DNA of 64,000 bases from contig NC_058368.1 of assembly GCF_018350175.1 (NCBI RefSeq), positions 54,190,001-54,254,000 of the forward strand, in the 5' to 3' direction. The notes beneath the pieces were generated by a model, which worked only from the letters and a program-made list of their open reading frames with translations, did no database searches and was not told the origin of the DNA. Within the stretch, counting starts at the first letter, position 1. The number at the start of each line of letters is the position of its first letter. Below are positions 61,036 to 64,000 of the stretch, one piece after another. The DNA comes from Felis catus (lineage: Eukaryota). The translations under genes and the position numbers were made by a program.

Positions 61036-62639
61036 ACCCCCCCAAAAGATGGAAAATAATTTATTTGAAAAAGCCAATACTTTTTATACTTAACAAGCTA
61101 ACATATACACCATTTAGTCCTGTTTTTCTTCATGATGCATGTGACCTGGAAAGGTATGCCATGCACTGGCTTATGAGTAATAATAGTTTTCCCTAATCTG
61201 CACTCCGCCTCTTCCTTTTTGTGCATATTCCCCTTGATTAATGAACTTTTCTGTTTTCACTCCTTTTCTCCCCTATACTGTCTGCTGTTATTTTTTGTGG
61301 GAAGAGGCAGGGACAAAGCGTTCAATTATCTATTGACCTCTTGATCTATTTATTTATTTATTTATCTTTATTTTGGTCTCTATCTCGGGTATTTTAATAA
61401 TAGCCACTGACATAGGTTTGATGATGGCAATGAGACTTTTCTTTGCACATTTTGTCTATATGCCCTTACCTCCTATTCACTACAGAGTTTGATAAAGAAG
61501 ATTGAGAGGTTAAAACTCTTTGAGTCTACAGTTTCTGGAAAGAGCATTTTGTTTGCCAATATTTGCAATCTATTAAGCCAAGGTGTCCAACAACCGGTAG
61601 TGGGTGTGGTGGGCAGCTTACATGGAGGTCTTTACTCAGTATATTATATCAGGTGTCATCCACCCACAACCCTTGAACTGGCTCTGCCTAAAAGATAGTG
61701 AAAGACAGACGAGACAGGAAATTCCTACCCCATTCTGTGTCTCTTTTTTTCTTCTTAGGAAAACCCACTTGGTATGGAATCTGTGGTAGAAGGGTGTTTT
61801 CTCTTTTGATATAGATTCAAAATATTTCACCACTATTTTTCACAAGTCTATGTAAAGGCCCATGGCATTGAACCAAATAGCTGCCTCTCCCTTATTGAGG
61901 ACAGTTAAGAAAAAAGATCAAAAGCACTATAATTTTCGAGTGTGTGCAAATTTTGAACAAAATAGGAAAGATTACTTTACCTCAATAGTTAATTTTAAAT
62001 AAAAACGCTTGCTTTTATGGCAATCATTTATTTAATTTTTAAATATTTTTGGATCATAATTATCATACTAAAATCCGTGTTAATATGACAGAGAAATTTA
62101 ATAGTCCTTTTATGGACTTAAAAAAATGTTATCCCAGTATACATCATTTAAAATTCTTCTGAAATGGTTAGTACAAATTCTATAGAACTTGGATGGGGTT
62201 TTAGCATGGCTTTAGTTTAAAAATTATTCTTAAACACGGCCATTATCATATTAAATGCATAGCTGCTCTATTACCACTTTTTTGAAGCACTGATCTCAAC
62301 AATAAGTTGAGAAAATCATTCTCACTCATAAAAGTCCATTTAAATTTAGTGGTGTGAACATCCCATTTACTTTAAAGAAAACCCCTTCTTATTCAAAACA
62401 TTTAGACAAAAAATTACTTCACACAAAGAAGTTAAATACCACTGTTTAATGTTTTATTGCAGCACTGGGAACATTAAATAAATAACAATGGAAATAAAGG
62501 AGGGCAGAAGGTCTGTTAAGCAGCCTGGACTTTATTTACACAAGAGACTGTTGAAATTTATGCTCAGGTTACTGAATACCAATTTATATAACAGCTGAAT
62601 ATGTGGTTGTCACATTTAATTCTTTAAGAAATCTGCTTT

Positions 62640-63228
62640 TCAGCTGGAAACTGTGCCTTGCTCCACTTCATTGTCCTAGACATGCCATTTTACTACACAA
62701 TAGCCGATTAGTTTAAAACTGGGGAAATTAGGGTACCCCATTCTCTTGGCCTCAGATTGATTGACTGGTCTAGTTATAGGTACAAAGCCAGTGTTGGCCA
62801 ATGCATCCTTTCTCTAGTATTATCTTCTTGCCATGTGCATTTATTGTGGCTGAAGTTTTAATATGTAAAGAAGGCTGCAGTTGCAAATTGACACATGTCA
62901 TATTTCATTGGCTGTAAGGGCAAGGGTGGGTTCTCTGTGGGGGCAGGGGATTGGTAGAGGGACAGTAGAAAGAATGAGAGAGAGAAAATGAGAGAAGTGG
63001 AATGAAGAGAAGAATGTGAAGGGAGAGAGAGAGATTAAGGTGACCCACAGGGTGAAAGAGAGGAGAGGTGGATAGTCCTGATGGCGCTTGAATTATTTGA
63101 ATTCTTGGTACTCTGCCTTGCCTACAGCCCGGTTGTTCTGCAAGATACTCCAATATCTTTCCAATAAAAAGGCTCCTTTAAAGTTTGTTTTTCCTAAGTA
63201 TCTGTTATTACCACCAAGATATTTCTAA
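62640..63228 (+). mobile_element. Ancient ERV-L LTR (LTR33/LTR16-like)
   Basis: TTCTCTTGGCCTCAGATTGATTG...GGCCAATG; purine-rich centre; CCAATAAAAA then CTGTTATTACCACCAAGA end. Confidence 0.4.
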
Positions 63229-63366
63229 AAAAATGCAAATTATATCTTATTTTACAGGTCTCGTTTAGAGAAACATCCATTTGAAGAAAGGCTAACTTGC
63301 AAATATGGTCTATCTCCAAATGCAGAGATCCTCATAAAACTACTTACCATTAATTATGTTTAACTT

Positions 63367-63416
63367 TTCTTTTTTAGTGTTTATTTTTGAGAGAGTGTGT
63401 GCATACAAACGGGAAG

Positions 63417-63460
<44 letters not shown>

Positions 63461-63579
63461 CCAAAGCAGGCTCTGTGCTGACAGTAGATAGCCGGATTCA
63501 GGCCTTAAACTCATGAACTGTGAAATCATGACTTGAGCCAAAGTTTGACGCTCAACCGACTGAGCCACTCAGGCGCCCC
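63367..63579 (-). mobile_element. CanSINE with (GA)n
   Basis: Antisense head CCGACTGAGCCACTCAGGCGCCCC; degenerate TSD TAATTATGTTTAACTT / TAATCATGGTCAACGT. Confidence 0.93.
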
Positions 63580-64000
63580 TAATCATGGTCAACGTAAAGA
63601 AAGCAAATAGCAAAAGTAAAACCGTTGAATCTACTAACATGACTTAGTTCAAGACTTAGGCTTTCTTAAAAGAGTCAGAAAGGCAATTGATGAAATAATA
63701 TTGCATATGAAGTTTGCTTACTCAGTTTACTTCATGGAGACCTAAATAATCCTAGTGATTTTTGAATGTCTTAGTAAAACTGGCAAGTTATTAGAAATGA
63801 ATTTTACCCATTTTCATACATAAATCCCATTCACTTTTGCCTGTAAAATGAGCTCTTATAGTCCAACTCCAAACTCTTCTTACTTTAGTATCCTTCTTAA
63901 GGGCTTTCATTGTAAAAATCCTTGTTTTCAATTCTGTGTTGGTACAGGCATAGTCCCTGACATAATGTAATTTATATTTAGTGGAGGAGATAAATAAAAT

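Noticed and set aside
842..63568. Recurrent short ORFs such as MAQSVKRPTSAQVMIS... and MSSSPTSGSVLTAQSLEPASDSVSP... as a gene family
   Set aside because: All are translations of CanSINE sequence and coincide with SINE boundaries and TSDs.
1..64000. CRISPR arrays, rRNA, bona fide tRNA genes, host-gene CpG-island promoter
   Set aside because: None seen. tRNA-like A/B boxes belong to SINE heads, and the only GC-rich promoter-like block is the L1 5' UTR.

Overview
AT-rich mammalian genomic DNA from a cat (Felidae), judged from about 25 felid-type tRNA-derived CanSINEs (SINEC_Fc) and a felid L1. The two youngest SINEs carry the GTGGCGCAGTC...CTTCAGCCAGGTCACG variant that I associate with small cats (Felinae). 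I recognise no protein-coding exon. The window looks intronic or intergenic and is dominated by transposable elements: a decayed ERV-L gag-pol remnant (1.9-4.9 kb), an MLT1A-type MaLR provirus, several solo LTRs, L2, MIR, HAL1, MER20, MER33, and L1s of several ages including one near full-length dead L1 (29.9-36.8 kb). The most notable structures are by-products of L1 reverse transcription. (1) The near full-length L1 carries a ~375-bp 3' transduction ending at the poly(A) site of a captured LTR-like sequence, all inside one 15-bp target-site duplication (TSD). (2) A 27-nt U5 snRNA 5' fragment is embedded in an L1 with microhomology at both junctions. (3) A tailless SINE is fused to an L1 3' end inside one TSD. 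(4) There are twin-primed and complex inverted L1s. Family names come from remembered consensus sequences, not database searches, so subfamily calls and boundaries of old repeats are approximate. I found no wholly new biological system; the findings are locus-level instances of known mechanisms.
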